In this document: positions 18,888-29,248 of the stretch, one piece after another
Position numbering within the stretch: the stretch's first letter is position 1
How the letters are laid out: each line of letters starts with the position of its first letter
NCBI GenBank assembly: GCA_965226055.1
Contig: CBDDCA010000005.1
Coordinates: 480,001 to 544,000, forward strand
Origin: Spirochaetia bacterium
GTDB taxonomy: Bacteria; Spirochaetota; Spirochaetia; WTKD01; G963693115
DNA: 64,000 bases
Direction: 5' to 3'
Translations under genes and position numbers: made by a program
Notes under the pieces: generated by a model
The model's database searches: none
What the model was told of the DNA's origin: nothing
The model's input: the letters and a program-made list of their open reading frames with translations, nothing else

Positions 18888-18924
18888 AAGCTAAAAGAGA
18901 GTGCATAGCACTCTCTTTTAGCTT
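18888..18924. terminator. Long hairpin terminator downstream of the 1549-aa lipoprotein gene
   Basis: Perfect 17-bp stem AAGCTAAAAGAGAGTGC-ATA-GCACTCTCTTTTAGCTT. Confidence 0.85.
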
Positions 18925-18931
18925 TACTACC

Positions 18932-21900
18932 CTACGATGAGGGACATGCTACTTTATCATTCTTAGTCTTTGGGTACTGTGCTTTTTTACCAGCCATAGC
19001 TGAACCTATAACCATATTTGCTACGTCAATGTCAATTTTACACAATTTCCATGATGATAAATTTTGATCAAAATTAATGGCATCTTCAAATACACCACTA
19101 ACTAGCTTAATATTCCTAACATTCCAATTTCCTATATCTTGATTAAAGGCTCTTGCCTCAAAAAACATCAAGGATATATCAGTTACTTCCTCAATATTCC
19201 AATTTCCTATATCTTGATTAAAGGCTCTTGTTCCCCTAAACATACCCCCCATATTCGTTACATTACTAGTATTCCACCGTGTTATATCTCCATTAAAAGT
19301 ACTATCTTGATAAAACAATTGATACATATTAGTAATAGCACTCGTATCTATCATGTTGAGGTTGGGGCTAGGGTTGCTACTCTTCCCTCCTGTAGCTTGC
19401 CTTGTTTTTTCTTCGCTGATAATAGTTTGTAGTGCTGATCTTGTTGTTGGTCTGTAATAGGTTTCTGCTTTTCCTGATGGTGCTGTTCTTAGCTCTGTCT
19501 GTATAACGATAGTGGCAGGTACTTTTTTCTTTGAAGCGGTTATTGTACATTGTACTACATCGTAGCTATATTCAGTAATAGCAGTGTCTCGTATATTGGA
19601 TTTGTTTGCTATGCCTGTTACAGTAACTGTTTTGCTACTCTGTTCAAACGATACTGCTAGCCCTGTCTCTTTTTTGATTTTCTCTGCATCTGCCTCTTGT
19701 ATATTGGCATCACAGGTAAAGGCATTGCCACTGGGTGTGCTTGCTAATACTCTTGTAGTATTTGATGCGAGTGCTGTGCCTACTGTTGCTGAAACTATGC
19801 TAGTGTTTCCTATAGATATTGCACTTACTTCAAATTCATGGCGTTCTCCTGTTGATGCTTTTGTAGGATCGGTGCTGTTTACTGCTTGTACTACTATTTC
19901 GTAGGTCGTTCCGTTTGTCAATCCTGTCAGGGTAGTGTTGGTTGTTCCTGCTGCTACTGTTGTGGGGCTTGAGTCTGCTTGTTTTATTGCTGCTACATTT
20001 CTTGCACTGCCACCTTTGGCTACTTTGTATACTTTGTACGATACCTGTGCTACTGTTAGGGTAGCTCCTGTATTTGCTTTGTGGCTTGCACTGAGGCTGG
20101 GAGCTGTCCACGATACTCTCATACCTGTCTGGGCTACTCTTGTCTGTATAGTTGATACTTCTGCAGGGGCTGTCGCTTGCGATGCGGTCGTTACGCTTGC
20201 CACTGACGATGCTACTTTTTTGCTTGGGTCTGTTTTTACTGCTACTTCTACCACAAAGTAATACTTTGTCGCTCCTTTTATTGCTACTACTGGTGCTGTG
20301 TCTGATGACAAGCCTAAACTGGCAAGGGCTGGTACTGTGTACACTCCGCTACTTGCACTGCCTAGGTTTATCTTTCTGCCTGCAAGTACTTCTGCTACTG
20401 TAGGGTCAGTGTCTTTCTGTAAGCCATACACTGTGTATGCTAGCTGATTGCTTGCTGTTATGCTTGTGCCATCGTAGTCTTTCGCTCCTGTAAATGTGCT
20501 TAGCTCGGTAAGTACCAGCTTTATTGTTCCTGTAGTATTTGTTGACGGTGATACTACCAGCTTTCCTGTGAGTAATGACTGATTTGGTGCTACTGCTTTG
20601 GAAGTATAGATTTCCTTTATTTCTGTTACATCGGTGTAAAAGCCTGCAGGAAAGAGCTTGTCACTATTTGTTGCATCGTAATTGGGGGATGTTGTGTTTA
20701 CTATCCTCACTCCTATGTAGTAGTCCTTTGCTGTTTCTATGGGCGTTGCTCCTGCATTGCTTCCACTGGTACTGTCTACTATTGCTATGGATATTGTGTC
20801 TTGAGTTGTTCCTGTTGCTTTTGTGTATTTTGCTACTCTTGTACTGGTTTTTTTCAATGCCCACAAGGCCGATACACTGGCAGGCTTTCCAGTGCTATCT
20901 TCTTTCTTGAGGTATAGCACATAGTAGGCAAGGTCTGTCGCTTCAAGGGCATTGCCATTTGCTTTGCTCACTCCTGCTATAGCTGAGGCATTGAGCTGTA
21001 CTGTTATGACTTTTTTCCCTCTGTTGCTTCCTGTTGTAGGCACTGCAAATACTACTGCATTACTGTTAGTGTAGGTTGTTACTTTTGGTGTGCTTGGGGG
21101 AGCGGTAAGCGTTGCTTTCTTTATTGTTACTGATGCTCCTATGCTATAGGCAGGATTGAGGCTGTTTATTGCTTCTACTCCTGCGGTATAGTCTGCTCCT
21201 TTTGTTCCTATAAATGTTGCTTTTAATGGAGTGCTGTTTCCTGCTAGCTCTCTTGTTTGTACTCCTGCAAGGGCTTTTATTTCGTCTAGTGTCTTTGTGC
21301 TGTGATCTCCTGCTGCTATGTATACTTTGTACTGTATTTGTGCCTGTGTGAGTTTTGCTCCACTGGGAGCTTTGTTATCATTGGTAATGTCTCCTGCACT
21401 AAATGTATAGACTGCTTTTGCAGTTGTTTGGGTTACTGACTCTACGGAGAGCTTTGCATCTTTGGGAGCGGGCGGTGCTGTTGAGGTGCTATCATATACT
21501 GCTACTGCATCACTCAGCGCGGTTACGGGGCTTACTCTGTTATTTGCTATTTGCAGAAAATCAAAGCGATAATTCTTGGCATTTGCTTGGCTCTTGGGTA
21601 CTTCTACGCCATCTGCTATCCCAAAGCTAATGGTGGTTGCTGTGTTTGTTATGCTTTTTTCTGCTATTAAGGTAGCTCCATCTTTCATACGCAAAGTATA
21701 GTATCGTCCTATGCCTGGAGCATTCTTAAAAGTTGCTTTTATTTGTATAGCTCCTGTTGTGTCTAGGGTAGGCTTGCTTTGAAAGAGATCCTCTGAGGGA
21801 GCTGTGAGTGAGTTGGGGGTGGTTATGTCTTTTGTTGCTTGGGTGCTTTTATTTTCTGAGTAATCAAGCGTGAGTATTGTTATGGTATATGTTTTTCCTT

Positions 21901-23581
21901 GCACAAGTTCTTCTACAGAGAGTGCTGTCGTGGGATAGGGTATTTTCTTCTCGCTCAGTACTGTGGTGCTTGTGCTTTTTTCTGCTATGCTTATACTGTA
22001 TTCTTTTATGTCTTTGTTCTTGGCTTTTGTCCCATCGGGGGCTGTCCATATTATCTGTGTGCCTATCTTTGCTGCTGATACAAAGGGATAGCTTGCTTGT
22101 ATGTTTGTCACTGCATCGGGGGCGGTGCTGTCTGCTGATGTGGTTACTGTGGCTGTTGCTTCTGTTCCTTTGTTGCCTGCACTGTCCATTGATACGACTG
22201 CCACTGTATACTCGGTGGTAGCTTTGAGGCCTGTTATCTGTGTGTTGCGTACTGTTCTCTCTGTTATTGTCACTGTCTTTGCAGGGGTACTGCTGTCTTT
22301 TTCTGTTGCTGTTATACTCACTCCTGCATAGTCTCGTACATCGGGAGCTTGCCAGCCTACTACTAGGCTTGTTGCTCCTCCTGTGGCACTCACATTGCTT
22401 ACAGGCTCTGTGCTTTTGTCTGTTGTTGCTTGTTCTTTTGATACTGCAGTGGAGTACTTTCCGTTTTGAGAAACATACACCTCTACTTTGTAAGTAAGCG
22501 TGCCATAGAGTTTTGTGAGTGCTATGCCATCTTTTGCCACATACACAGTGGCGTACTCTCTGTTGTCTGCACTTGCTCCGCTGACATTTGTTGCACTTGT
22601 GTCTTTATCTATTGTCTCCTCTGCTACTACTGTATTGGTTGCGGTTGCTATCACTCGTACTTGGAGGCTTTTTTCTGTACTTCCTGTTCCAAAGTTAAAA
22701 CTCCCCCACTTAATAAGCAGGCTTTCATCGGCTGGGCTATTGCTTTTATCGTTTGCTGTTACTGTAAGATCTGCCTCTGGGAGTGGCGTTACTGTCTGTG
22801 AGAGTGCTGATGGCACTATGCCTCTGAGTGCTTGCTTTGCCGTGCTTTTGTTACCGTTGCTATCTTTGTACACTACTACTATATCATAGCTGATGCCATC
22901 TATAGTGGGGACAGCAATGCTCACTTCTCCTTGTGTTACATCTTGTACTGTTACTTCTGTCTTTACCCCAGTAGTTCTTTCTATCACCTGTATTGTGGCT
23001 TCGGCTATGTCTGTTTTGCCTGACGAGAGCAGTGCTTTGTCCCATGTTAGCTTTATACCATTTGTTGCTGATTCTACTGCTACTTGGGTAAAGGTGTCCT
23101 GTGGTGCAGTTTCATCAGTAAGTGTTGTCACAGATCGGGTTATTTTTGGTGATACTTCTGAGTCTGAGCCTGAGTCTGATTTTTGAGCTTCTATCTCTAC
23201 AGTATAATCGGTAGTAGCGTGCAAGCCTCTGAGAGTGTAGGGTCTGTTTTGTTGAAACAATGCACGATATTCTATTGCAGGAACACGCACTTGTATTGAC
23301 TGGGCTGGTGCGGTAGATGTAGCTTTTACGACTACATGTGTGGCTTCGCTGGGAGCTTGCCAGCGTAACGAGAGTGTCCCATCGTTGCTTGCTGCTTGTA
23401 TCTGCACATTGGACACTGATGCGAGTGTCGGGGTTACTGAATTTCCCCCTCCGCCTGATGAACTGCTACTTCCCTCCGAACATCCTACGAGTACGAGGGT
23501 AGTCATTGCTAGCATCAATGCAACAACTATAGGTATATTCTGCTTACTTTGTAGCTTACTATTTAGATGATATTTTTTCAT
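18932..23581 (-). CDS. Large surface lipoprotein with fibronectin type III-like repeats and C-terminal DUF285 (BspA-type) repeats
   Basis: Lipobox VLVGC plus Ser/Gly linker; repeated FN3 signatures (SL.V.W.AP, ITGLK..T.Y.V.V); terminal FNQDIGNWNV-type repeats. Confidence 0.88.
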   Translation of the reverse strand: MKKYHLNSKLQSKQNIPIVVALMLAMTTLVLVGCSEGSSSSSGGGGNSVTPTLASVSNVQIQAASNDGTLSLRWQAPSEATHVVVKATSTAPAQSIQVRVPAIEYRALFQQNRPYTLRGLHATTDYTVEIEAQKSDSGSDSEVSPKITRSVTTLTDETAPQDTFTQVAVESATNGIKLTWDKALLSSGKTDIAEATIQVIERTTGVKTEVTVQDVTQGEVSIAVPTIDGISYDIVVVYKDSNGNKSTAKQALRGIVPSALSQTVTPLPEADLTVTANDKSNSPADESLLIKWGSFNFGTGSTEKSLQVRVIATATNTVVAEETIDKDTSATNVSGASADNREYATVYVAKDGIALTKLYGTLTYKVEVYVSQNGKYSTAVSKEQATTDKSTEPVSNVSATGGATSLVVGWQAPDVRDYAGVSITATEKDSSTPAKTVTITERTVRNTQITGLKATTEYTVAVVSMDSAGNKGTEATATVTTSADSTAPDAVTNIQASYPFVSAAKIGTQIIWTAPDGTKAKNKDIKEYSISIAEKSTSTTVLSEKKIPYPTTALSVEELVQGKTYTITILTLDYSENKSTQATKDITTPNSLTAPSEDLFQSKPTLDTTGAIQIKATFKNAPGIGRYYTLRMKDGATLIAEKSITNTATTISFGIADGVEVPKSQANAKNYRFDFLQIANNRVSPVTALSDAVAVYDSTSTAPPAPKDAKLSVESVTQTTAKAVYTFSAGDITNDNKAPSGAKLTQAQIQYKVYIAAGDHSTKTLDEIKALAGVQTRELAGNSTPLKATFIGTKGADYTAGVEAINSLNPAYSIGASVTIKKATLTAPPSTPKVTTYTNSNAVVFAVPTTGSNRGKKVITVQLNASAIAGVSKANGNALEATDLAYYVLYLKKEDSTGKPASVSALWALKKTSTRVAKYTKATGTTQDTISIAIVDSTSGSNAGATPIETAKDYYIGVRIVNTTSPNYDATNSDKLFPAGFYTDVTEIKEIYTSKAVAPNQSLLTGKLVVSPSTNTTGTIKLVLTELSTFTGAKDYDGTSITASNQLAYTVYGLQKDTDPTVAEVLAGRKINLGSASSGVYTVPALASLGLSSDTAPVVAIKGATKYYFVVEVAVKTDPSKKVASSVASVTTASQATAPAEVSTIQTRVAQTGMRVSWTAPSLSASHKANTGATLTVAQVSYKVYKVAKGGSARNVAAIKQADSSPTTVAAGTTNTTLTGLTNGTTYEIVVQAVNSTDPTKASTGERHEFEVSAISIGNTSIVSATVGTALASNTTRVLASTPSGNAFTCDANIQEADAEKIKKETGLAVSFEQSSKTVTVTGIANKSNIRDTAITEYSYDVVQCTITASKKKVPATIVIQTELRTAPSGKAETYYRPTTRSALQTIISEEKTRQATGGKSSNPSPNLNMIDTSAITNMYQLFYQDSTFNGDITRWNTSNVTNMGGMFRGTRAFNQDIGNWNIEEVTDISLMFFEARAFNQDIGNWNVRNIKLVSGVFEDAINFDQNLSSWKLCKIDIDVANMVIGSAMAGKKAQYPKTKNDKVACPSS

Positions 23582-23686
23582 AATGTTCTCCTTATAATTA
23601 TCTATTTATTGTATAATTATCATTATACATCATACACAAATACCATTATACCAAAAATACTATTTTTTGTGTTATATCTGAAAATT

Positions 23687-23703
23687 AAAAAAAAAAAAAA
23701 AAA
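23687..23703. repeat. A17 homopolymer in the divergent intergenic region
   Basis: 17 consecutive A upstream of the extended -10 TGGTATAAT (minus, 23645-23653) of the 1549-aa gene. Confidence 0.9.
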
Positions 23704-23886
23704 TACACTGGATTACACAAAAAAACGCATAGCAAAAAGTGATAATAATGCTACAATTAGTACTTGAATCCACAAGACTCAAGTTCCAATTTGAATTTCC
23801 ATGTACTTACTAAAAATACTATTTTCTGATATATTAAATAATAGATATGTTCAAAAATATAAAATGACTAAAGAGCATATACATAA

Positions 23887-26241
23887 ATGACGAAGGATAC
23901 TAGTATCTTATATATGCATAAAAAAATATCTGCTAAAACATTTTTTTTACTCATTAGTAGTTATAGCCTTCTGTTATTTCTTGTAAATTGTAGTTCTGTA
24001 AACAATACCACAAAAAATCCTGTATTTGAATGGAAATATAAAACTAATTTTCATATCATATCCTCTCCTGCAGTAGATTCTGCTGGAAATATATACTTTG
24101 GTTCACAAGATAAGCATATATACGCTCTCAACCCAAATGGCAAACTCATCTGGAAAAAACAACTGGGGAGTAAAGTCAATTCCTCTCCCACTCTTATTGC
24201 AGGAAAACTATATGTCGGAAGTCAAGATACCTATCTTTATATATTAAATATGTCAAATGGCGATATATTAAAAAGGTATAAAACGAATGATTCTATACAT
24301 GCCTCTACAGCTATTGATGAGTTTGGAAATATATATTTTGGTTCTTACGATGGCTTCTTTTATGCCTTAAACTCAGATACAACACTCAAATGGAAATTTA
24401 AAACAAATGGCATTATTGATTCAAGTCCTGCAATAGATGATAAAGGCACTATTTATATTGCCTCTACAGATGGTAATGTATACGCATTCAACTCATCAAG
24501 TAATGTACCGCTGTGGACTTTCTCCACTCAAGATAAAATAACAGCATCTCCTGCTATTGGACAAGATAATATCATATATATTGGCTCTTTTGATGGGTAT
24601 TTATACGCCATATATCCTGATGGTACAGAAAAATGGAAATTCAAAACAGACAATAAAATAACATCTTCAGCTGCAATTACGTCTGATAACACTATTGTCT
24701 TTGGTTCTCTTGACAAAAGCCTGTACGCAATTTCAGAAGATGGCACATTGTCATGGAAAAGAGAATTAAGAGGACAGATTAGTTCTTCTCCTGCAATAAC
24801 AAAAGGCAATTTCATTTTCATTGGATCCTATGATTACCATGTATACATGATAAGAGCAGAGGATGGCTCTATTAATTGGACTTACAACTTAAACGATTTT
24901 ATTATCTCTTCTCCTACAATAACAAAAAACGGAAATTTATATGTTACTTCTATGGATTACTCAATGTACGCATTTAAGATATATTCTAGAGGGTACACAC
25001 CAAGTCCTTGGCCTGGCTTTGGAGCAGGAAACATGCATACAGGAGTAGTACAAAAAAACTTAGCAGAGAACATTGCCCCCTTATTTCAAATTGCAAAAAC
25101 CGATACAGTAAAAATAAAATCACAGAACACAGAAAAGAACGCAACAGACACTATTTCAAACAATTATCCACGATCAAAAGTTATATCAAGCATTAAAGCA
25201 GAATCACAAAGTTTTGTATACACATATAATTTAGATTTGCAAAGTACAAGTATTGAGCTTACAACTATTGATACTACAAATGGAAAAATTCTTGACAATA
25301 AAATTATTGACACCCCTCTTAGTAATCTAACATCCCCTTTAGTGTTCAAAGATATAAATACTATCACTGTAGGAGATAAAAACATATTTCTTGGCTTATC
25401 ATCGTTAGAACCAAAAGGCATTTCTGCATCTAGCATAAATACAAATGGAGAAATCGTACAGCAGGCTTATATTAATGATACACTTTTGTACGAGATAAAC
25501 GATCCTATTGATATGGCAAATATCACGATAGACGGAACAACATATGTCTATGTACTAGGACACGATGATAATGGATTAAGTGCATTTCAAATACTTGAAG
25601 GTACTGACACTACACTACTCAATATTTTTAATATTGATAATGTAGAAAACTACAACTATGCCCTTGATAGCCCTACCCAAATTATTACCACCACCATATA
25701 TAATACTCCGTTTCTCTTTGTTTCTAGTGCAGTAGAAAGTGGAATATCACTCTTTAGAATAAATACTGATGGTACATTGATCTATACAGACTCAGTGTTT
25801 GATATACAAAACAAAGATTTCTATATAAGAGATATTAACTCAATGGCACTTCTTTCAGGATCAGGAACTACCTATCTGGTAACTGCAAGCGATGTTGAAA
25901 ATGGCATCAGTATTTTTTCCATTTCAAGCACTGGAATATTAGTCCCTACTACCCATATTAACTTTAACGAACATAATTTTGATATACAACAGTTAGGATA
26001 TATTTCATCTCTCAATATTGACAATGCCTACTACCTTGTAGTGTACGAGCAATCACAAATTTCTAGTAATATTTTTACTATCAATAACGAAAATAATATA
26101 TCACAATTTATCAATGACAGAACCTTTCAATCTGCTCTTAATGACACTACTACTATAACCGATATATCCACCAATACATCAGATACATTATTAGTATTTG
26201 CAAAAGAAAAAGAAATCGGACTCTACAAAATAGTACAATAA
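23887..26241 (+). CDS. PQQ-like (BamB-type) beta-propeller lipoprotein with a second propeller-like C-terminal domain
   Basis: Lipobox LVNC; about eight SSPA.....IYFGS.D..LYAL...G..KW repeats; C-terminal ~50-aa repeats (DNGLSAF, ESGISLF, ENGISIF). Confidence 0.85.
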   Translation: MTKDTSILYMHKKISAKTFFLLISSYSLLLFLVNCSSVNNTTKNPVFEWKYKTNFHIISSPAVDSAGNIYFGSQDKHIYALNPNGKLIWKKQLGSKVNSSPTLIAGKLYVGSQDTYLYILNMSNGDILKRYKTNDSIHASTAIDEFGNIYFGSYDGFFYALNSDTTLKWKFKTNGIIDSSPAIDDKGTIYIASTDGNVYAFNSSSNVPLWTFSTQDKITASPAIGQDNIIYIGSFDGYLYAIYPDGTEKWKFKTDNKITSSAAITSDNTIVFGSLDKSLYAISEDGTLSWKRELRGQISSSPAITKGNFIFIGSYDYHVYMIRAEDGSINWTYNLNDFIISSPTITKNGNLYVTSMDYSMYAFKIYSRGYTPSPWPGFGAGNMHTGVVQKNLAENIAPLFQIAKTDTVKIKSQNTEKNATDTISNNYPRSKVISSIKAESQSFVYTYNLDLQSTSIELTTIDTTNGKILDNKIIDTPLSNLTSPLVFKDINTITVGDKNIFLGLSSLEPKGISASSINTNGEIVQQAYINDTLLYEINDPIDMANITIDGTTYVYVLGHDDNGLSAFQILEGTDTTLLNIFNIDNVENYNYALDSPTQIITTTIYNTPFLFVSSAVESGISLFRINTDGTLIYTDSVFDIQNKDFYIRDINSMALLSGSGTTYLVTASDVENGISIFSISSTGILVPTTHINFNEHNFDIQQLGYISSLNIDNAYYLVVYEQSQISSNIFTINNENNISQFINDRTFQSALNDTTTITDISTNTSDTLLVFAKEKEIGLYKIVQ

Positions 26242-26242
26242 C

Positions 26243-27613
26243 CTAATGAGATGCTTTTAATAAAGCATTAGCAAAGTTATATAGTCTCTTTATTATAATA
26301 AGTATTTTATCCCCATACTCTGGATCTTTTGCCCATCTCCCACTTAAACCAAGTACTGTAGGAGAACTTCCAATCAATCCCAATCTTTCTAAAATAGGGT
26401 ATCGTGGATCTACTAATTTACCAACAAGTAAGTCACGAGTGGCATATCCTTTTAAGTGTTGTATATGAGCACGTATCCCAATTAACTCAGAAGGAAACCA
26501 ATGTCCTTCCGCGAATTGATTTATAGCACCAATACCAGCAAAATTAAACTGTTCTTTTTGTACTGTACCAGTAAAGCGCAAAAAATTAGTCTCAAGTAGC
26601 ATCTGTGCTATAGCAACATCATAATTAACATTTTCTCTATTTGATTCTTGAACATAATACGATACTATCTTCTCTACATATTCAACATTTAATGTAGGAA
26701 CATTATATAAAATAAAAGCAACAATCTCCTTTATATTAACTTTTCCTTCTCCAATAATAGACATATCCGATTGAGGAATAGGAATTTGCTCCACAGAAGC
26801 TCTATCATCATCAAGCTCTACCTCTATCTTTGTATCTTTTTCTGCTACAACAGGTTTGCTGATAGGAGGGTACGAAAAAATAATCTCTACTCTTCTATTT
26901 TTCCATCGTTGTTGTTCATCAGAAGCTAGCTGTTCACTTCCTCCCAATGCTTCTACTTGTATTCTTGTACTATCTACTCCCCTTTTAGCCAGTTCTTGCA
27001 ACACATAACTGGATCGTCTTTCGGACAGCGTTACTAAATTTCTCTTTCCTTCAACACTATTGATATCGCTTTCATTAACAACGGCAGCATGTCCTCTTAT
27101 GCGTATATTTGCAGAAGCAAGCTCCCTTTTTGCTTGTGCTGCAATGAAATCAAGTACGGCATCAGGGTCTCTATTTTGAAATATATCTTTACTGATATTG
27201 GTGGTATTACCATCAAAAAATAAAGTAGGAGCGTTTTGTTCACTCATACTCAAAAGAATCGCAAACTGTTTAATTTCTGTTTTTATCAGTTTTTCAAAAT
27301 CATTAAAGAAAGAAATACTCACTACATAGTTTACTGCAGAAAATACAGTTATATTGGGATCAAACTCCCATACATACCCACTTTGTAGCCATTGTTCTCC
27401 TTCATCTTGAAAAATAACTCTCCCATTAAACTCAGAGATACTCAATTCCCATTTATTGTATATATCAGGAGTAGCGGTTAAAAATCGGTATGGAAACCCG
27501 AATGTTTGTTCACCAGTTCTTACAGTAATACCAGCGGTAGGGGCAGTAAATTGCTGAGCAAATATACCAAAACACACATTAAAAAGCAGAATAATTATAT
27601 ATATTTTTTTCAT
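26243..27613 (-). CDS. OmpA-like peptidoglycan-binding domain fused to a GH73-type glucosaminidase domain
   Basis: Signal peptide; IRGHA...LSERRS..V...L...GV...RI...ALG...NRRVEI (OmpA); AQMLLETNFL..NFAGIGA...HIQHLKGYA...WAKDPEYG (GH73). Confidence 0.88.
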   Translation of the reverse strand: MKKIYIIILLFNVCFGIFAQQFTAPTAGITVRTGEQTFGFPYRFLTATPDIYNKWELSISEFNGRVIFQDEGEQWLQSGYVWEFDPNITVFSAVNYVVSISFFNDFEKLIKTEIKQFAILLSMSEQNAPTLFFDGNTTNISKDIFQNRDPDAVLDFIAAQAKRELASANIRIRGHAAVVNESDINSVEGKRNLVTLSERRSSYVLQELAKRGVDSTRIQVEALGGSEQLASDEQQRWKNRRVEIIFSYPPISKPVVAEKDTKIEVELDDDRASVEQIPIPQSDMSIIGEGKVNIKEIVAFILYNVPTLNVEYVEKIVSYYVQESNRENVNYDVAIAQMLLETNFLRFTGTVQKEQFNFAGIGAINQFAEGHWFPSELIGIRAHIQHLKGYATRDLLVGKLVDPRYPILERLGLIGSSPTVLGLSGRWAKDPEYGDKILIIIKRLYNFANALLKASH

Positions 27614-27654
27614 ATGATTTCACCTAATTTATGGAGAGTGTTACTAGCTTTAAT

Positions 27655-27681
27655 ATATCGGCTAAAATTGTAATTTCTTTA
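27655..27681 (-). promoter_or_regulatory. Sigma28 (FliA)-type promoter
   Basis: TAAA(G)-15 nt-GCCGATAT, a near-perfect consensus, upstream of 27613. Confidence 0.75.
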
Positions 27682-27735
27682 TACTCGCTTGCCTCTTCTT
27701 TAGACAATTCTTTAGAAGATGAAAAAACAAAATTA

Positions 27736-28368
27736 CTAATGACCATTATCAGAAACAGTTGTCAAAGCAGCATCTGTAGAATTATAAAAATACATGTTTC
27801 TTAAGACATCAAGAATATATTTTCCATAATAAGGACTATCACTCCATTTGTTTGAAAGTTCTGACACTTGTGTAATGCTCCCTATCAATTTCTTTTTCTT
27901 TAGTATTTCAAAGCGTGGATCTACATGAGGGCTAGAAACGGGATACTCACTTGCATAACTTTTTAAGTGTTGCACATGTGCATATACTCCTGCTTCTATG
28001 GTAGAAAATCTATGGAGAAACCAAATGGATATATCTGCTCCCCCTATACCTGCAAAATTATTGTATTGTTTAGGATATTCATGAGAAAACAATAAAAAAT
28101 TAGTATGATATACCATTTGGGCAATAGTGACATCATGATTTACCCCTTCTCTCTCAGAGGCTTCCATATACGCATTAACAATAGTTTGAAGATAGGAAAT
28201 TTCAAGACTAGGATTTTTTTCTAAAATATACTGTATGATCCATTCAGATTCTAAGTGCCCTTGTCCCATAATAGATATATCAGAAAAATTATAATTCTCT
28301 GTTGCATAGGAGCTAATCGGTATATAGATAGTTATCAGTATTAAAAAAAATCTTTTATATACTACCAT
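27736..28368 (-). CDS. Secreted GH73-like glucosaminidase-domain protein
   Basis: Paralog of the C-terminal domain of 26243..27613 (EGVNHDV.IAQM, NNFAGIG, HVQHLKSYA, WS..PYYG). Confidence 0.85.
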   Translation of the reverse strand: MVVYKRFFLILITIYIPISSYATENYNFSDISIMGQGHLESEWIIQYILEKNPSLEISYLQTIVNAYMEASEREGVNHDVTIAQMVYHTNFLLFSHEYPKQYNNFAGIGGADISIWFLHRFSTIEAGVYAHVQHLKSYASEYPVSSPHVDPRFEILKKKKLIGSITQVSELSNKWSDSPYYGKYILDVLRNMYFYNSTDAALTTVSDNGH

Positions 28369-28463
28369 ATCTTTATTATACTAAATTCATACGATAGTTT
28401 ACTATCATCGTAATGATATTTGGTGGGGAGGGGAGAGGGAGCTATATCCTACACAGAAAGCAT

Positions 28464-29248
28464 TTAGAGTAATATCAAAAATAGTAAAGAAGATGAAGTA
28501 ACACCACTTATAACTCCTATTATAACACCTCTCCACGCTATAACAAGTGATTTCCTCTTTTTGTTTTTTTCATCATTGTTATGTTCTATCTTTTTTTGTA
28601 GTTCTTTTATTATTTCTAGTTTTGCTTTTATGCTTCCCTCTCTGTATAGTTATTCCTTAAAAAACTTTCAGGAGGAAAATATGGAAAACTATTATTTTCT
28701 GTTGTTACTACCTGATACACTGTGCGAACTGTTCTAATAGTAGAAATACAAAACGTTATCAAAAATAACGCCAATAAAGAGAGAAATATACCATCCTTTA
28801 TATTTTCTATAGACTTTATTCCTTCTCTGTTAAATACTAATATCACTACTATTAGTAATATAAATACCATTATAACGCCTATAGCTTTCCATTTATCCAA
28901 AATTTTTGATTTTTTATCTCTAATAATATCAATAAATAAAAATACATAAAGCAATAAGCTCCATATAAAAAGAAATATACTGATACTCATAATCAAATCA
29001 TGTGTAAATTCCACAGGTGTTATTTTGAGTATTATATATGTCATCCCTGACACTATCGCTATCATTATTACTATAAACTTTCCTAACAAAAACCGAGCGT
29101 GTGAGCTATACTCATCTAAGTCTTCTCTTATATTATTGATATGTCCCACTGCATTATCGTACATAAAGTCTAGCATCGCAGGATCTTTTTCTAAACACTT
29201 CACGTCTATATTGTCCCAATCTATTTTAGTTTCTTTTTCCTTTTCCAT
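28464..29248 (-). pseudogene. Frameshifted multi-TM membrane protein, paralog of 29569..30450
   Basis: One base is missing near 28651 (AAT-AA-CTA versus paralog AAT-GAA-TTA). The alternative frame continues LYREGSIKAKLEIIKELQKK...LLFLILL to a stop at 28464, matching paralog LYRKGSIKTKIKMIKVLQK. Confidence 0.75.

Noticed and set aside
19139-23570. Many short plus-strand ORFs antisense to the large lipoprotein genes (also within 32-40 kb and 59-63 kb)
   Set aside because: Shadow ORFs caused by biased codon usage on the opposite strand; no motifs or start signals.
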